A stretch of DNA of 64,000 nt from Macrostomum lignano. Its lineage: Eukaryota. Location: assembly GCA_002269645.1 (NCBI GenBank), contig NIVC01000725.1, forward strand, positions 558,296-622,295. Direction: 5' to 3'. A program made the position numbers and the translations under genes. The notes under the pieces are model-generated. The model worked only from the letters and a program-made list of their open reading frames with translations. It ran no database searches and was not told where the DNA came from. Every line of letters begins with the position of its first letter. Positions within the stretch are counted from its first letter, which is position 1. Of the stretch, positions 24,166 through 37,478 are shown piece after piece.

Positions 24166-24793
24166 GAAAGGAAAGGCTGAGTCATGGGCGGATTTTAAGT
24201 GCAGTAAAAATGAATATTTTGCATGAAGGCAGTGACAAACATTTTATCCATATTACATAAATGTTAAAATATTGTAAGCATAATTATTATTACAAAGAGG
24301 CGATATGGCATTAAGAATTGGCAAAGCATTTGCTTAACAGCTTAGAAAAATTCAAATTAAAGCAGCAACGGATATTACATACTCGTAGAATATTTGAATT
24401 TCTTGAATATTGTTAAGAGTAAACTTTTAAATCGCAAAAATGACAAATTTACATGTACATTTAGGGTATATATTCTGAACTATATAAATTTTAATAAGCA
24501 TCAGCATGCAGAGGAAAAATGATAATTGAAATGATTTGGAAACAAAATCATCTACTTTGTAATTTTAAATCTCAAATAACGATTGCACAGGAACTTACAT
24601 CTTGCATGTAATGTCACTTTGTATCAGTTTTAGCTTACGTGTTTGTTGGTTATCACAAAAATTATTGTATACACCGCGTTTTAAAGTGATAGGAATTGTC
24701 ATGTCTCATAACTTAGAATGCAGCAGACTGCGGATGCATGTTATTGTGAAGTATATCTTGCTGGGTTTCGAGAGAGTTCATTCGAGGTCATCT

Positions 24794-25398
24794 TCACAAT
24801 CCTTTCTCCCTGAAAAAGAGCACAGCGTGAGGAAGAATGTAAGACATTACAGTTTGGAGAGGAGGCGCCACTGAGGCATCGGGGAGGGGGAGGCGCCACT
24901 GAAGCATCGGGGAGGAGGAGGCGCCCACTGAAGCATCGGGAAGGGGAAGGCGCCACTGAAGCATCGGGGAGGAGGAGGCGCCCACTGAAGCATCGGGAAG
25001 GGGAAGGCGCCCACTGAAGCATCGGGGAGGAGGAGGCGCCACTGAAGCATCGGGGAGGAGGAGGCGCCCACTGAAGCATCGGGAAGGGGAAGGCGCCCAC
25101 TGAAGCATCGGGGAGGAGGAGGCGCCACTGAAGCATCGGGGAGGAGGAGGCACCCACTAAAGCATCAGGGAGGAGGAGGCGCCCACTGAAGCATCGGGGA
25201 GGAGGAGGCGCCCACTGAAGCATCGGGAAGGGGGAGGCGCCCACTGAAGCATCGGGGAGAAGGAGGCGCCCACTGAAGCATCGCGGAGGAGGAGGTGCCC
25301 ACTGAAGCATCGGGGGGGGGGGAGGCGCCCACTGAAGCATCGGGGAGGAGGAGGCGCCCACTGAAGCATCGCGGAGGAGGAGGTGCCCACTGAAGCAT

Positions 25399-25442
<44 letters not shown>

Positions 25443-28400
25443 GGAGGCGGCCACTGAAGCATCGCGGAGGAGGCGCCCACTGAAGCATCGGGGAGGGGGA
25501 GGCGTCACTGAAGCATCGGGGAGGCACCCGCTGAAGCATCAGGGAGCCGCTGGCACAGAACGGGCGGGTCACCTGGCAAACAGCTCCTTGAGCTCCTGCT
25601 CAGAGCACAGCTGTCCCAGGTTGGTGAAGAACAGAGCCTGCGGTTGCATCCCCTGTGCAGCGGCGGCGGCGGCTACGGCGGCGGCCGACACCGGCGTGTG
25701 AAAGCCGCCACCAGCACCGCTGACGCCACCTCCGCCCCCTGCGCCGCCGCTCACGTGACCTCCGTGGCCGCCGCCAGCGCCGCCGCCAGCTGATGAAGCG
25801 GCAGCTGCGGCGGCTGCGGCGGCAGCGGCGGCGGCTGCTGCAGCAAACTGGTTGCCACCGTGCTGCGCCGAACCCAGCATGGCCGGCATGAATGCCTGCT
25901 GGCATGAGGGCGGGGTTGCGGGGCTGGAGCTAGAGGGTTGCTTTCGCATGGGGGTCAATGACCCCTCTCTATGTCAAAATGTTTTGAAAAAATTATTGGC
26001 GAAGTAACTGACATTTTTATAAAAGCTAATGCTAGGGGTGGTCACTTGACCCCATTCTATGACAGCTACTATGAGGGGTGGTCACTTGACCCCATTCTAT
26101 GACAGCTACTATGAGGGGTGGTCACTTGACCTCATTCTATGACAGCTGCTATGAGGGGTGGTCACTTGACCTCATTCTATGACAGCTGCTATGAGGGGTG
26201 GTCACTTGACCTCATTCTATGACAGCTACTATGAGGGGTGGTCACTTGACCTCATTCTATGACAGCTACTATGAGGGGTGGTCACTTGACCCCATTCTAT
26301 GACAGCTGCTGAGAGGGGTGGTCACTTGATCTCATTCCATGACAGCTGCTGAGAAGGGTGGTCACTTGACCCCATTCTATGACAGCTGCTGAGAGGGGTG
26401 GTCACTTGATCTCATTCCATGACAGCTGCTGAGAGGGGTGGTCACTTGACCTCATTCTATGACCGCTGCTGAGAGGGGTGGTCACTTGACCTCATTCTAT
26501 GACCGCTGCTGAGAGGGGTGGTCACTTGACCTCATTCTACGACAGCTGCTGAGAGGGGTGGTCAATTGACCTCATTCTATGACAGCTGCTGAGAGGGGTG
26601 GTCAATTGACCTCATTCTATGACCGCTGCTGAGAGGGGTGGTCACTTGACCCCATTCTATGACAGCTGCTGAGAGGGGTGGTCAATTGACCTCATTCTAT
26701 GACAGCTGCTGAGAGGGGTGGTCAATTGACCTCGTTTCTAGAAAAGGTACCTTCGGTAGAGAGTGGTCATACTGACCCCTTTTGTAATAAAGCTAAAAGC
26801 TACATTTATGTTCCCTTATCTAGGAAAGCTACAGAGGCGATGGTGTGGTCACTGACCCCCTTTCAACGAAAGCTACATTTACTGCAAGGGGAGGTCACAG
26901 AAAATTTTAATTATCAAAATCGAAGCGGAGAATTTTGTCCTCCATACAACAGAGAATCTGTTCTCACAGCTCTCATGGGCATCTGCGACATCGGGGGCAG
27001 CGGCGCCGACGGAAAGATTGCCGCTGGGCCGGCGGCCGCAGCAGCGGCGGCCAAATCCGCGTAGGAAAAGGCCGGATATCCCGGCCAGGCCTCAGAGCCC
27101 GGCATGATGGCAGCCAGCTCGTCTGTGGGTTAAAAATTACAGTTTTTTACGTTCGTGTCTGCATTAGCCTACTTGTTTGAACGAGTAGAAAGCAAGATTT
27201 TTAAAAAGAATAATTAGAGAGAAAAATTGATCAGCTGCGACGATATTTAGTGTAAGTCGTATTTTAACAAAGCGAACTTTGACCACTGAGTAAATGCTTC
27301 TTCATTCTCATTCGCCTTGGCCTACTTATTAGTAGAAAGTAGGATTTTTAGTTAAAAAATTTAATAGCCGATATGTTGCGTAAATTGTTTTTTAAAGCTG
27401 AAATTTATATCACAGGCTGAAGTCTAATTATATATGTTTCAAATATGTTCAACCGTATCAAAACTTACGGCCAGACATGGGCAGCATAGCCTGGTGGTGA
27501 CCGCCGACTCCTTGGCCCAGCTTCGGCTTGGCCACTTTGGTGTTGGTCTTGGCGAACTCCAGGCGCAGAGTCTGCGGCAGCTCCATATCAAATTTTACGC
27601 CCTGATAGAATTTTGAAGGCCGAAGAATTAAATTTTGTTTTATTGCTCGGGAGATGAAAATTAACTATAAATTTAAATAGTCAAAACTGCAATGCATATG
27701 GAGATGAAAAGGCATTACATTAAACTTTCCCAAAGTTTGATGATAAGCTAGCCAGTTTCTAAAATCCTTCTCAAATTTTTCACAAATTGGCACCAACTGA
27801 CACAAATTGGCACCAACTGACACAAATTGGCATTAACTGACACAAATTGGCACCAACTGACACAAATTGGCACCAACTGACACAAATTGGCACCAACTGA
27901 CACAAATTGGCATTAACTGACACAAATTGGCACCAACTGACACAAATTGGCACCAACTGACACAAATTGGCACCAACTGACACAAATTGGCATTAACTGA
28001 CACAAATTGGCATTAACTGACACAAATTGGCACCAACTGACACACATTGGCACCAACTGACACAATTGGCATTAACTGACACAAATTGGCACCAACTGAC
28101 ACAAATTGGCATTAACTGACACAAATTGGCACCAACTGACACAAATTGGCATTAACTAACACAAATTGGCCCCAACTGACACAAATTGGCACCAACTGAC
28201 ACAAATTGGCACCAACTGACACAAATTGGCACCAACTGACACAAATTGGCACCAACTGACACAAATTGGCACCAACTGACACAAATTAGCATTAACTGAC
28301 ACAAATTGGCACCAACTGACACAATTGGCATTAACTGACACAAATTGGCACCAACTGACACAAATTGGCACCAACTGACACAAATTGGCACCAACTGACA

Positions 28401-30165
28401 CAAATTGGTGGCACCAACTGACACAAATTGGCACCAACTGACACAAATTGGCACCAACTGACACAAATTGGTGGCACCAACTGACACAAATTGGCACCAA
28501 CTGACACAAATTGGCACCAACTGACACAAATTGGTACCAACTGACACAAATTGGCACCAACTGACACAAATTGGCATTAACTGACACAAATTGGCACCAA
28601 CTGACACAAATTGGCACCAACTGACACAAATTGGCACCAACTGACACAATTGGCATTAACTGACACAAATTGGCACCAACTGACACAAATTGGCACCAAC
28701 TGACACAAATTGGCACCAACTGACACAAATTGGTACCACCTAGCTGACACAAACTGATACACAATTTCAGTTACCTGCAATTCCTGTTTTGCAACCTCAG
28801 CGTCCACCCGACTCTTGAAAGTGACAAAACCGACTGGCTGGAAAAAATTGAATGATTATTTTACAAAACTATAACAAAAAGCTACATGAAATGTACATAC
28901 ATATGCATCCCATGCACAGATTACTCACACACATGAGTTTGCCCAATTTTTGAGCAAAACTTTTCAACTGAGCATTTTCAAAGCCCTGAAATTTTATGGA
29001 TAGATTTTTGGAGAAAAATTGCATTGGAACCGTATAATGTATAATATTTGAAATTCGGTGACTCACATTGAAAGCTCGAAACAACAGGTACAGCTCTCGA
29101 GGCTTCGTGTCCATTGGCAGCCCGCTGACGAACAGGGTTCGCACCTGATATTTAAAAGCAACAATTATAGAAATTTACCAATTTCTGTTTTAATGAATTA
29201 ACTTTGCTAGAAGCAAGAAGTGTTCTGCCAATGCTACTTAAAAGTAGGATGACCGGTTTCAGAGATTCGTAATCGTAGTTTTAATCTGCAAGGAAAAATC
29301 TAATTTAAGAAGCAACAATTTACAAACAAATTTACAGACTCATAAAACCTAACTTACTTAGCTTAACCTAAATGTAATTTCATAAACCAAGTGATCGGGA
29401 TCAAGAACTGTCTAATTTATATAGTTGCGTCTGCTATGAGTGTGGTTTATTGAACTCCTTTCTAGGAATGCATTTCCAAGAATCGATGTTCAACACTAAC
29501 ATTTCAAGTTATTCAAATTTTAAACCAAAATTTTCAATAAAATGATTATATTGGATTTGTTTAATATGGAGTCTTCAAATTAATTTTAGAAATCCGCCCA
29601 ACAATATGCCGATATAACATTCGCATTTTTACCAAGCATTCATCCTGAGAAATAGAACAAAGCCGCAACTATATTATTAAGACAATTACTAATTTAGTAA
29701 TTACTTGTAAATTTGAATTTCTTGTTAGTAATTTGTAAATTTTTGACAGAGAAACGGTGAGAAAAATAATGTACGAATACGCGACAGTCTTCCCTAAATA
29801 TAGTTATTATCGGTACAATTGTTTGTTAATTTGAATCAAACTCAAATTAGCGCCAAAATTATTTGCGTTATGAAAACTCAAAGTTTAAAAACAACTAAAA
29901 CAACTTATCGATTCAACTTCAAGACAGAATTTTAATGTTTCTACTTTTTCGTTTGATAAACTTTTTGGCGCGGATTTAAATTAGATAGAAATTCAACAAA
30001 TTAAAGAAGACTGCCGAGTACATGTCAGCTCGTGATTAAATGAATTTTTTGACTCTCAATCCGTCTCACCTCGTCGTCCACACAGGCATTGACGCTATCC
30101 ATGCTCTGGCTAAGCGCCATGCTGGTCTCGCTGTTTAGTGCACCGGGTGACACCATGTCTCTCAT
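24794..30165 (-). CDS. cpo: RBPMS / couch potato / MEC-8-like RNA-binding protein, about 307 aa; exons 30165-30070, 29144-29067, 28985-28929, 28837-28775, 27601-27469, 27122-26968, 25898(or 25895)-25573, 24809-24794 (last exon tentative)
   Basis: [14 protein letters not shown]|[26 protein letters not shown]|GFENAQLK...|[21 protein letters not shown]|[23 protein letters not shown] is the hallmark RBPMS/cpo RRM. All introns are GT-AG with consistent phases; exon 7 has a NAGNAG acceptor and ends in the start of a second RRM. Confidence 0.9.
24865..25540. repeat. Minisatellite of the same GGAGGAGGCGCCCACTGAAGCATC family as 16125-18707, with a G42 run at 25400-25441
   Basis: Direct sequence identity of the units. 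Confidence 0.95.
26030..26732. repeat. 40-bp intronic minisatellite GAGAGGGGTGGTCACTTGACCTCATTCTATGACAGCTGCT
   Basis: About 17 units. Confidence 0.96.
27780..28755. repeat. 20-bp intronic minisatellite TTGGCACCAACTGACACAAA
   Basis: About 48 units. Confidence 0.97.
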
Positions 30166-30974
30166 TCAATTATGCTTTCTTAGTTGAATTGCTAGGATTC
30201 TGTGTGGCGGTACGTGATATTGTGGCGGCTGTTAGTGCGTGAGCGCGGATTCATCGTAAATTGATTGGAATTTTATAGTGAAATTGAAGCTGCAGGTTTA
30301 ACGCGTACAGTAAAAATCGTCATTTTGTAATTGATTACGTTCCAAATAAATGCTTGCAGGCATGTAATAGCAAAATGCATCATGGATGAAGGATGTACAA
30401 TTGATGTCTTGTTTGGCTTAATAGACAGAGTATTTGACACCTACATGTATTTTAAAACCATGTATTCGATGGAGCCCCTGGGTGTTTTAGATTCACTTCC
30501 TTCATCCATGAGAGCAAGTGCTACATGAAGTAACAGTGTAGTGAACCAATCAGTCAGTCATTAATATGAAACAGTAGTAGTTTTAATTTATTGAACAAAT
30601 CCAAATTGTAATGTATGGGGGCAGACAATGGGCCGTGATTGATCTGAATTTGTCATTTTGTCAATATGGCAAAGTAAAGCATGAGCTGCACATTTTGTTT
30701 TAGTATAATTGCATGTAACGAACATGAGCATTTACATTAGCTAGGTAATTGCGTGAATTGAATTGTGATTCAGAATCGATTTTATTACTAAACCGTAACC
30801 AATCAGGAAGAGCCCCACTGTACAATACACGATAGCATATCATGATGTGTAACACTGTTCTCAACTCTATTCGGGTCGTTCTGCGTTCAATCTTTCAGAA
30901 TCACTTGGTCAAAGACAGCTGTATAATAAAATTTTATAAAACTTCCTCCTAAATTCCTGTCTTCGATCCTGCTT

Positions 30975-33900
30975 CCCTGGTGCTAAAGCCCCTGGTGCTA
31001 AATCCCCTGATGCTAAATCCCCTGGTGCTAAATCCCCTGTTGCTAAATCCCCTGGTGCTAAATCCCCTGGTGCTAAAGCCCCTGGTGCTAAATCCCCTGA
31101 TGCTAAATCCCCTGGTGCTAAATCCCCTGTTGCTAAATCCCCTGGTGCTAAATCCCCTGGTGCTAAAGCCCCTGGTGCTAAATCCCCTGGTGCTAAATCC
31201 TTTGGTCCTAAATCCCCTGATGCTAAATCCCCTGGTGCTAAATCCCCTGGTGCTAAATCCTTTGGTGCTAAAGCCCCTGGTGCTAAATCCCCTGGTGCTA
31301 AATCCCCTGGTGCTAAATCCCCTGGTGCTAAATCCCCTGGTGCTAAATCCCCTGGTGCTAAAGCCCCTGGTGCTAAATCCCCTGGTGCTAAATCCCCTGG
31401 TGCTAAAGCCCCTGGTGCTAAATCCTTTGGTGCTAAATCTCCTGGTGCTAAATCCCCTGGTGCTAAATCCTCTGGTGCTAAAGCCACTGGTGCTAAAGCC
31501 ACTGGTGCTAAATCTCCTGGTGCTAAAGCCCCTGGTGCTAAATCCGCTGGTGCTAAATCTCCTGGTGCTAAAGCCACTGGTGCTAAATCTCCTGGTGCTA
31601 AAGCCTCTGGTGCTAAATCCGCTGGTGCTAAATCTCCTGGTGCTAAAGCCACTGGTGCTAAATCTCCTGGTGCTAAAGCCCCTGGTGCTAAATCCGCTGG
31701 TGCTAAATCTCCTGGTGCTAAAGCCCCTGGTGCTAAATCCGCTGGTGCTAAATCTCCTGGTGCTAAAGCCACTGGTGCTAAATCTCCTGGTGCTAAAGCC
31801 CCTGGTGCTAAATCCGCTGGTGCTAAATCTCCTGGTGCTAAAGACCCTAATGCTAAATCCTTTGGTGCTAAATCCGCTGGTGCTAAATCTCCTGGTGCTA
31901 AAGCCACTGGTGCTAAATCTCCTGGTGCTAAATCCCCTGGTGCTAAAGCCCCTGGTGCTAAATCCCCTGATGCTAAATCCCCTGGTGCTAAATCCCCTGT
32001 TGCTAAATCCCCTGGTGCTAAATCCCCTGGTGCTAAAGCCCCTGGTGCTAAATCCCCTGATGCTAAATCCCCTGGTGCTAAATCCCCTGGTGCTAAATCC
32101 CCTGTTGCTAAATCCCCTGGTGCTAAAGCCCCTGGTGCTAAATCCCCTGGTGCTAAATCCTTTGGTCCTAAATCCCCTGATGCTAAATCCCCTGGTGCTA
32201 AATCCCCTGGTGCTAAATCCTTTGGTGCTAAAGCCCCTGGTGCTAAATCCCCTGGTGCTAAATCCCCTGGTGCTAAATCCCCTGGTGCTAAATCCCCTGG
32301 TGCTAAATCCCCTGGTGCTAAAGCCCCTGGTGCTAAATCCCCTGGTGCTAAATCCCCTGGTGCTAAAGCCCCTGGTGCTAAATCCTTTGGTGCTAAATCT
32401 CCTGGTGCTAAATCCCCTGGTGCTAAATCCTCTGGTGCTAAAGCCACTGGTGCTAAAGCCACTGGTGCTAAATCTCCTGGTGCTAAAGCCCCTGGTGCTA
32501 AATCCGCTGGTGCTAAATCTCCTGGTGCTAAAGCCACTGGTGCTAAATCTCCTGGTGCTAAAGCCCCTGGTGCTAAATCCGCTGGTGCTAAATCTCCTGG
32601 TGCTAAAGCCACTGGTGCTAAATCTCCTGGTGCTAAAGCCCCTGGTGCTAAATCCGCTGGTGCTAAATCTCCTGGTGCTAAAGCCCCTGGTGCTAAATCC
32701 GCTGGTGCTAAATCTCCTGGTGCTAAAGCCACTGGTGCTAAATCTCCTGGTGCTAAAGCCCCTGGTGCTAAATCCGCTGGTGCTAAATCTCCTGGTGCTA
32801 AAGCCCCTAATGCTAAATCCTTTGGTGCTAAATCCGCTGGTGCTAAATCTCCTGGTGCTAAAGCCACTGGTGCTAAATCTCCTGGTGCTAAATCCCCTGG
32901 TGCTAAATCCCCTGGTGCTAAATCCCCTGGTGCTAAATCCCCTGGTGCTAAATCCCCTGGTGCTAAATCCCCTGGTGCTAAATCCCCTGGTGCTAAATCC
33001 CCTGGTGCTAAATCCTCTGGTGCTAAAGGCCCTGTGTGCTAAATCCCCTGGTGCTAAATCCCCTGGTGCTAAAGCCACTGGTGCTAAAGCCCCTGGTGCT
33101 AAAGCCCCTGGTGCTAAAGCCCCTGGTGCTAAAGCCCCTGGTGCTAAATCCCCTGGTGCTAAAGCCCCTGGTGCTAAATCCCCTGGTGCTAAAGCCCCTG
33201 GTGCTAAAGCCCCTGGTGCTAAATCCCCTGGTGCTAAAGCCCCTGGTGCTAAATCCGCTGGTGCTAAATCTCCTGGTGCTAAAGCCACTGGTGCTAAATC
33301 TCCTGGTGCTAAAGCCCCTGGTGCTAAAGCCCCTGGTGCTAAATCCGCTGGTGCTAAATCTCCTGGTGCTAAAGCCCCTAATGCTAAATCCTTTGGTGCT
33401 AAATCCGCTGGTGCTAAATCTCCTGGTGCTAAAGCCACTGGTGCTAAATCTCCTGGTGCTAAAGCCCCTGGTGCTAAATCCGCTGGTGCTAAATCTCCTG
33501 GTGCTAAAGCCACTGGTGCTAAATCTCCTGGTGCTAAAGCCCCTGGTGCTAAATCCGCTGGTGCTAAATCTCCTGGTGCTAAAGCCCCTGGTGCTAAATC
33601 CGCTGGTGCTAAATCTCCTGGTGCTAAAGCCACTGGTGCTAAATCTCCTGGTGCTAAAGCCCCTGGTGCTAAATCCGCTGGTGCTAAATCTCCTGGTGCT
33701 AAAGCCCCTAATGCTAAATCCTTTGGTGCTAAATCCGCTGGTGCTAAATCTCCTGGTGCTAAAGCCACTGGTGCTAAATCTCCTGGTGCTAAATCCCCTG
33801 GTGCTAAATCCCCTGGTGCTAAATCCCCTGGTGCTAAATCCCCTGGTGCTAAATCCCCTGGTGCTAAATCCCCTGGTGCTAAATCCCCTGGTGCTAAATC

Positions 33901-34470
33901 CCCTCGTGCTAAATCCTCTGGTGCTAAAGGCCCTGTGTGCTAAATCCCCTGGTGCTAAATCCCCTGGTGCTAAAGCCACTGGTGCTAAAGCCCCTGGTGC
34001 TAAAGCCCCTGGTGCTAAAGCCCCTGGTGCTAAAGCCCCTGGTGCTAAATCCCCTGGTGCTAAAGCCCCTGGTGCTAAATCCCCTGGTGCTAAAGCCCCT
34101 GGTGCTAAATCCGCTGGTGCTAAATCCTCTGGTGCTAAAGCCCCTGGTGCTAAATCCCCTGGTGCTAAAGCCCCTGGTGCTAAAGCCCCTGGTGCTAAAT
34201 CCCCTGGTGCTAAAGCCCCTGGTGCTAAATCCCCTGGTGCTAAAGCCCCTGGTGCTAAATCCCCTGGTGCTAAATCCTCTGGTGCTAAAGCCCCTGGTGC
34301 TAAATCTCCTGGTGCTAAAGCCCCTGGTGCTAAAGCCCCTGGTGCTAAATCCGCTGGTGCTAAATCTCCTGGTGCTAAAGCCCCTAATGCTAAATCCTTT
34401 GGTGCTAAAGGCCCTGTGTGCTAAATCCGCTGGTGCTAAAGGCCCTGTGTGCTAAATCCCCTCTTGCTAA
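30975..34470. repeat. 15-bp satellite CCTGGTGCTAAATCC with ~960-bp and ~900-bp higher-order units
   Basis: About 230 monomers; the variant pattern of 30961-31920 recurs at 31921-32880. Confidence 0.97.
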
Positions 34471-34644
34471 AAGCCCCACAAACGAACCATTTAGAAATCA
34501 ACGGCTGCCTACACAACCAAGTGATTCCGTCTCATCATTTATAATCGAACACAAAACAGCTAGGCTTTAAGGAGCGCCAATATCTTTCTTTCTCGAATGA
34601 CTATGATAGAAAATACAATATTGAAACATTCGATAGTTACTCAC

Positions 34645-35095
34645 CCCGCAGCTGCGACAATGGGCTCATTCAAGTTCTTATACTTCAGAGTGGCTCTGAT
34701 CGAAACAGTAAACTTGGCTCAGAAAGAATTAAGTCTTATATACCGGTGACCAGATCAAGGGACGACCCCCCCCCGCAGCCACCGAGTGAGTGTTAAATGA
34801 TTAATGAGAGCGCACAGCCAATGATGAGATGACCCTTGCTCATCAGTGACAGAAACAGAAAGACAGGCATTCATTGCCCGCCCGTTGTGTCATACAGCAG
34901 CCTCCATGCTGTGTTTCGCAATTCTACCACCGCAGCGAAAGTGAATTATTTATTAGAAGTGACGATCCCCCTACAAGCCGTGTTCTCAAGCAGTTGCCAA
35001 TCTGCACTGCGGGGCACTCATTAATTGTGTAGTAAGATTGCCAGACCACACACACGCATGCGCGCTCTTGGACACAACTGGCAGAAGTAGGTAGG
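34645..35095. promoter_or_regulatory. Candidate bidirectional promoter and non-coding first exons; the minus exon is probably the 5'UTR exon of the cpo-like gene
   Basis: Minus-strand donor GGG|GTGAGTA at 34645/34644; plus-strand donor TAG|GTAAGT at 35095; CCAAT at about 34819 and 34998; NRF1-like CACGCATGCGCG at about 35053. Confidence 0.35.
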
Positions 35096-35449
35096 TAAGT
35101 AGCTAGAGACAACGCTGGAATACAAATTACCTTGCTGAAGTTGTGCGGCCTATAATAAAAAATAGCATTAATTACAGGCGACCTACCACGACATCAAAAA
35201 TTACATTTAAAAAGGTGGAAACCCTTAAAATCAACGTAGATTACCCCGAAGCTCTAATTGCAGTATAAAATTAATAATTAATGAGCCATCTACATCAAAA
35301 TAACTGTGAACTGGTGAATTCTACTGTGGTCTTGAGATCGCAATAAACTTGAAGAACTATAAATTATTAATGAGAATTGCATTAAAGTTTCCTGTGCTCA
35401 AAGATGAGGATAGAAAAACAGAGGTTTGTGATAAAGTGAGCGCTGGATG

Positions 35450-36040
35450 GAAGTGAGCACTCCTAAAAAGGGAGTAAGCACTCTGAAGATCACTCTTGAT
35501 CTCCTCTTGAGAGTGAGCACTCTGAAGAAAAAGGACTGAGCACTCCTCTTGAGAGTGAGCACTCTGCAGAGAATTGATTGAGCACTCCTCTTGAGAGTGA
35601 GCACTCTGAAGGAAGAGAGTGAGCAGTCTGAGGAAAGAGAGTGAGCACTCTGAAGGAAGAGAGTGAGCAGTCTGAGGAAAGAGAGTGAGCAGTCTGAGGA
35701 AAGAGAGTGAGCAATCTGAGGAAAGAGAGTGAGCAGTCTCAGGAAAGAGAGTGAGCAGTCTGAGGAAAGAGAGTGAGCAATCTGAGGAAAGAGAGTGAGC
35801 AGTCTGAGGAAAGAGAGTGAGCAATCTGAGGAAAGAGAGTGAGCAGTCTGAGGAAAGAGAGTGAGCAGTCTGAGGAAAGAGAGTGAGCAGTCTGAGGAAA
35901 GAGAGTGAGCAATCTGAGGAAAGAGAGTGAGCAGTCTGAGGAAAGAGAGTGAGCAATCTGAGGAAAGAGAGTGAGCAGTCTGAGGAAAGAGAGTGAGCAG
36001 TCTGAGGAAAAAGAGTGAGCAGTTTGAGGAAAGAGTGAGC
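35450..36040. repeat. 22-bp minisatellite GAGTGAGCAGTCTGAGGAAAGA
   Basis: About 20 units plus degenerate left units. Confidence 0.94.
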
Positions 36041-36704
36041 TGTCTCCCTAAAATAGTTAAAAAAGAAATTAAAACCACTTTTTTCAGAATGGAATATTTA
36101 TGAGTAACTTAATTGGCAGCAGCAAAAATCAAAAAGATTTTATTTTCATTTCGCTCTCAAGTAATATTTAGTATTATAACTATTTTTACTACTGTTATAG
36201 ATATTATACAAACCTTCCATTAGCATAATAATGGCCACAGCTTACTGTGAGATACTATTAGCATTAAAAATATTACTAAACGACAATTATGACTAAAACA
36301 TCGCTGATACAGTACTTGTAAGTCAGTAGTAGCATTGGAAAATATCGTATCATGCAGTATGGCAACAAATCTATTCTAGCTCTTAATAAGACTAATAACG
36401 AAAACTAATCATAAGCAATTTACTAAGACACACACCTACTACTGTATGAATGTCAGTAGTATATAGAAATTTATCGACTAAGTTCAAAATGATGGAAGGA
36501 ATAGGGGTGGCTGAACACTGATAAGTTTGAAATGGGAGTCAAGCTGGTTGCACAACTGGCACCAAAAATATAAATCAACTGAGTCTGAGAATTTAAATCG
36601 CTGAGTCTACAGGCACCCAATCTAACCTCGAATTGCAAACGGATTCGTAAAAAATTACGCTATTTCAGCAACAACAGCATTGGCAAAGATAAGAAGATAG
36701 AATG

Positions 36705-36775
36705 GACAGACAGACACTAATTCGGACAGGCAGACAGATACTAAGACAGACAGACAGACAGACACTTAGACAGAC

Positions 36776-36820
<45 letters not shown>

Positions 36821-36999
36821 CTTAGACAGACAGACAGACAGATAGACAGACACTAAGACAGACAGACAGACAGACACTTAGACAGACAGACAGACAGACA
36901 GACAGACACTTAGACAGACAGACAGACAGATAGACAGACACTAAGACAGACAGACAGACAGACAGACAGACAGGCAGACAGACAGATAGACAGACACTA

Positions 37000-37044
<45 letters not shown>

Positions 37045-37067
37045 CTTAGACAGACAGATAGACAGAC

Positions 37068-37111
<44 letters not shown>
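36705..37111. repeat. (GACA)n microsatellite with CACTAA/CACTTA interruptions
   Basis: Direct reading. Confidence 0.97.
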
Positions 37112-37112
<1 letters not shown>

Positions 37113-37265
37113 CGTAAAGGTCAAACGTGAGCAAATCTACCACAGAGAAGCACAAAAATCAGGAAACGAACGCCGGCAGTGAAATACTGGATCCTGGCTC
37201 TGGCAACTAAGCGCGCAATCAGTCAGTCCATAGTCCAAGTGACCCAGAGTAGGAAATTTAATAAA

Positions 37266-37445
37266 CTACTTCCAAAGCTTGTTAAACAGCTCCATAAAGC
37301 TGTCATAAATCATAAACGTGATGGCAACGTCCAGGCAGACTCGGCTGAGACGAGGCACCGTGCCCTTGTAGAATCTGCAATGTTAACATTTTAAAGCCGT
37401 AAGACTACAGTAGTGTTAGTAGTAGTAGTAGTAGTAGTAGTAGTT

Positions 37446-37478
<33 letters not shown>

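Noticed and set aside
24716-24745. Plus-strand SRLRMH resembling the missing RRM2 continuation
   Set aside because: It is on the wrong strand and the flanking residues are not RRM-like; likely chance.
25400-25441. G42 homopolymer as a special element
   Set aside because: It is an expansion of the G run in one repeat unit and may be a sequencing or consensus error; it cannot be judged without reads.
30909-34455. Very long ORFs (652-987 aa; LAPGD, AKSPG, LVLNP, GFSTR repeats)
   Set aside because: The 15-bp unit lacks stops in most frames. Variant positions are not confined to synonymous sites in either plausible frame, +1 units break the frame, and there are no splice signals.
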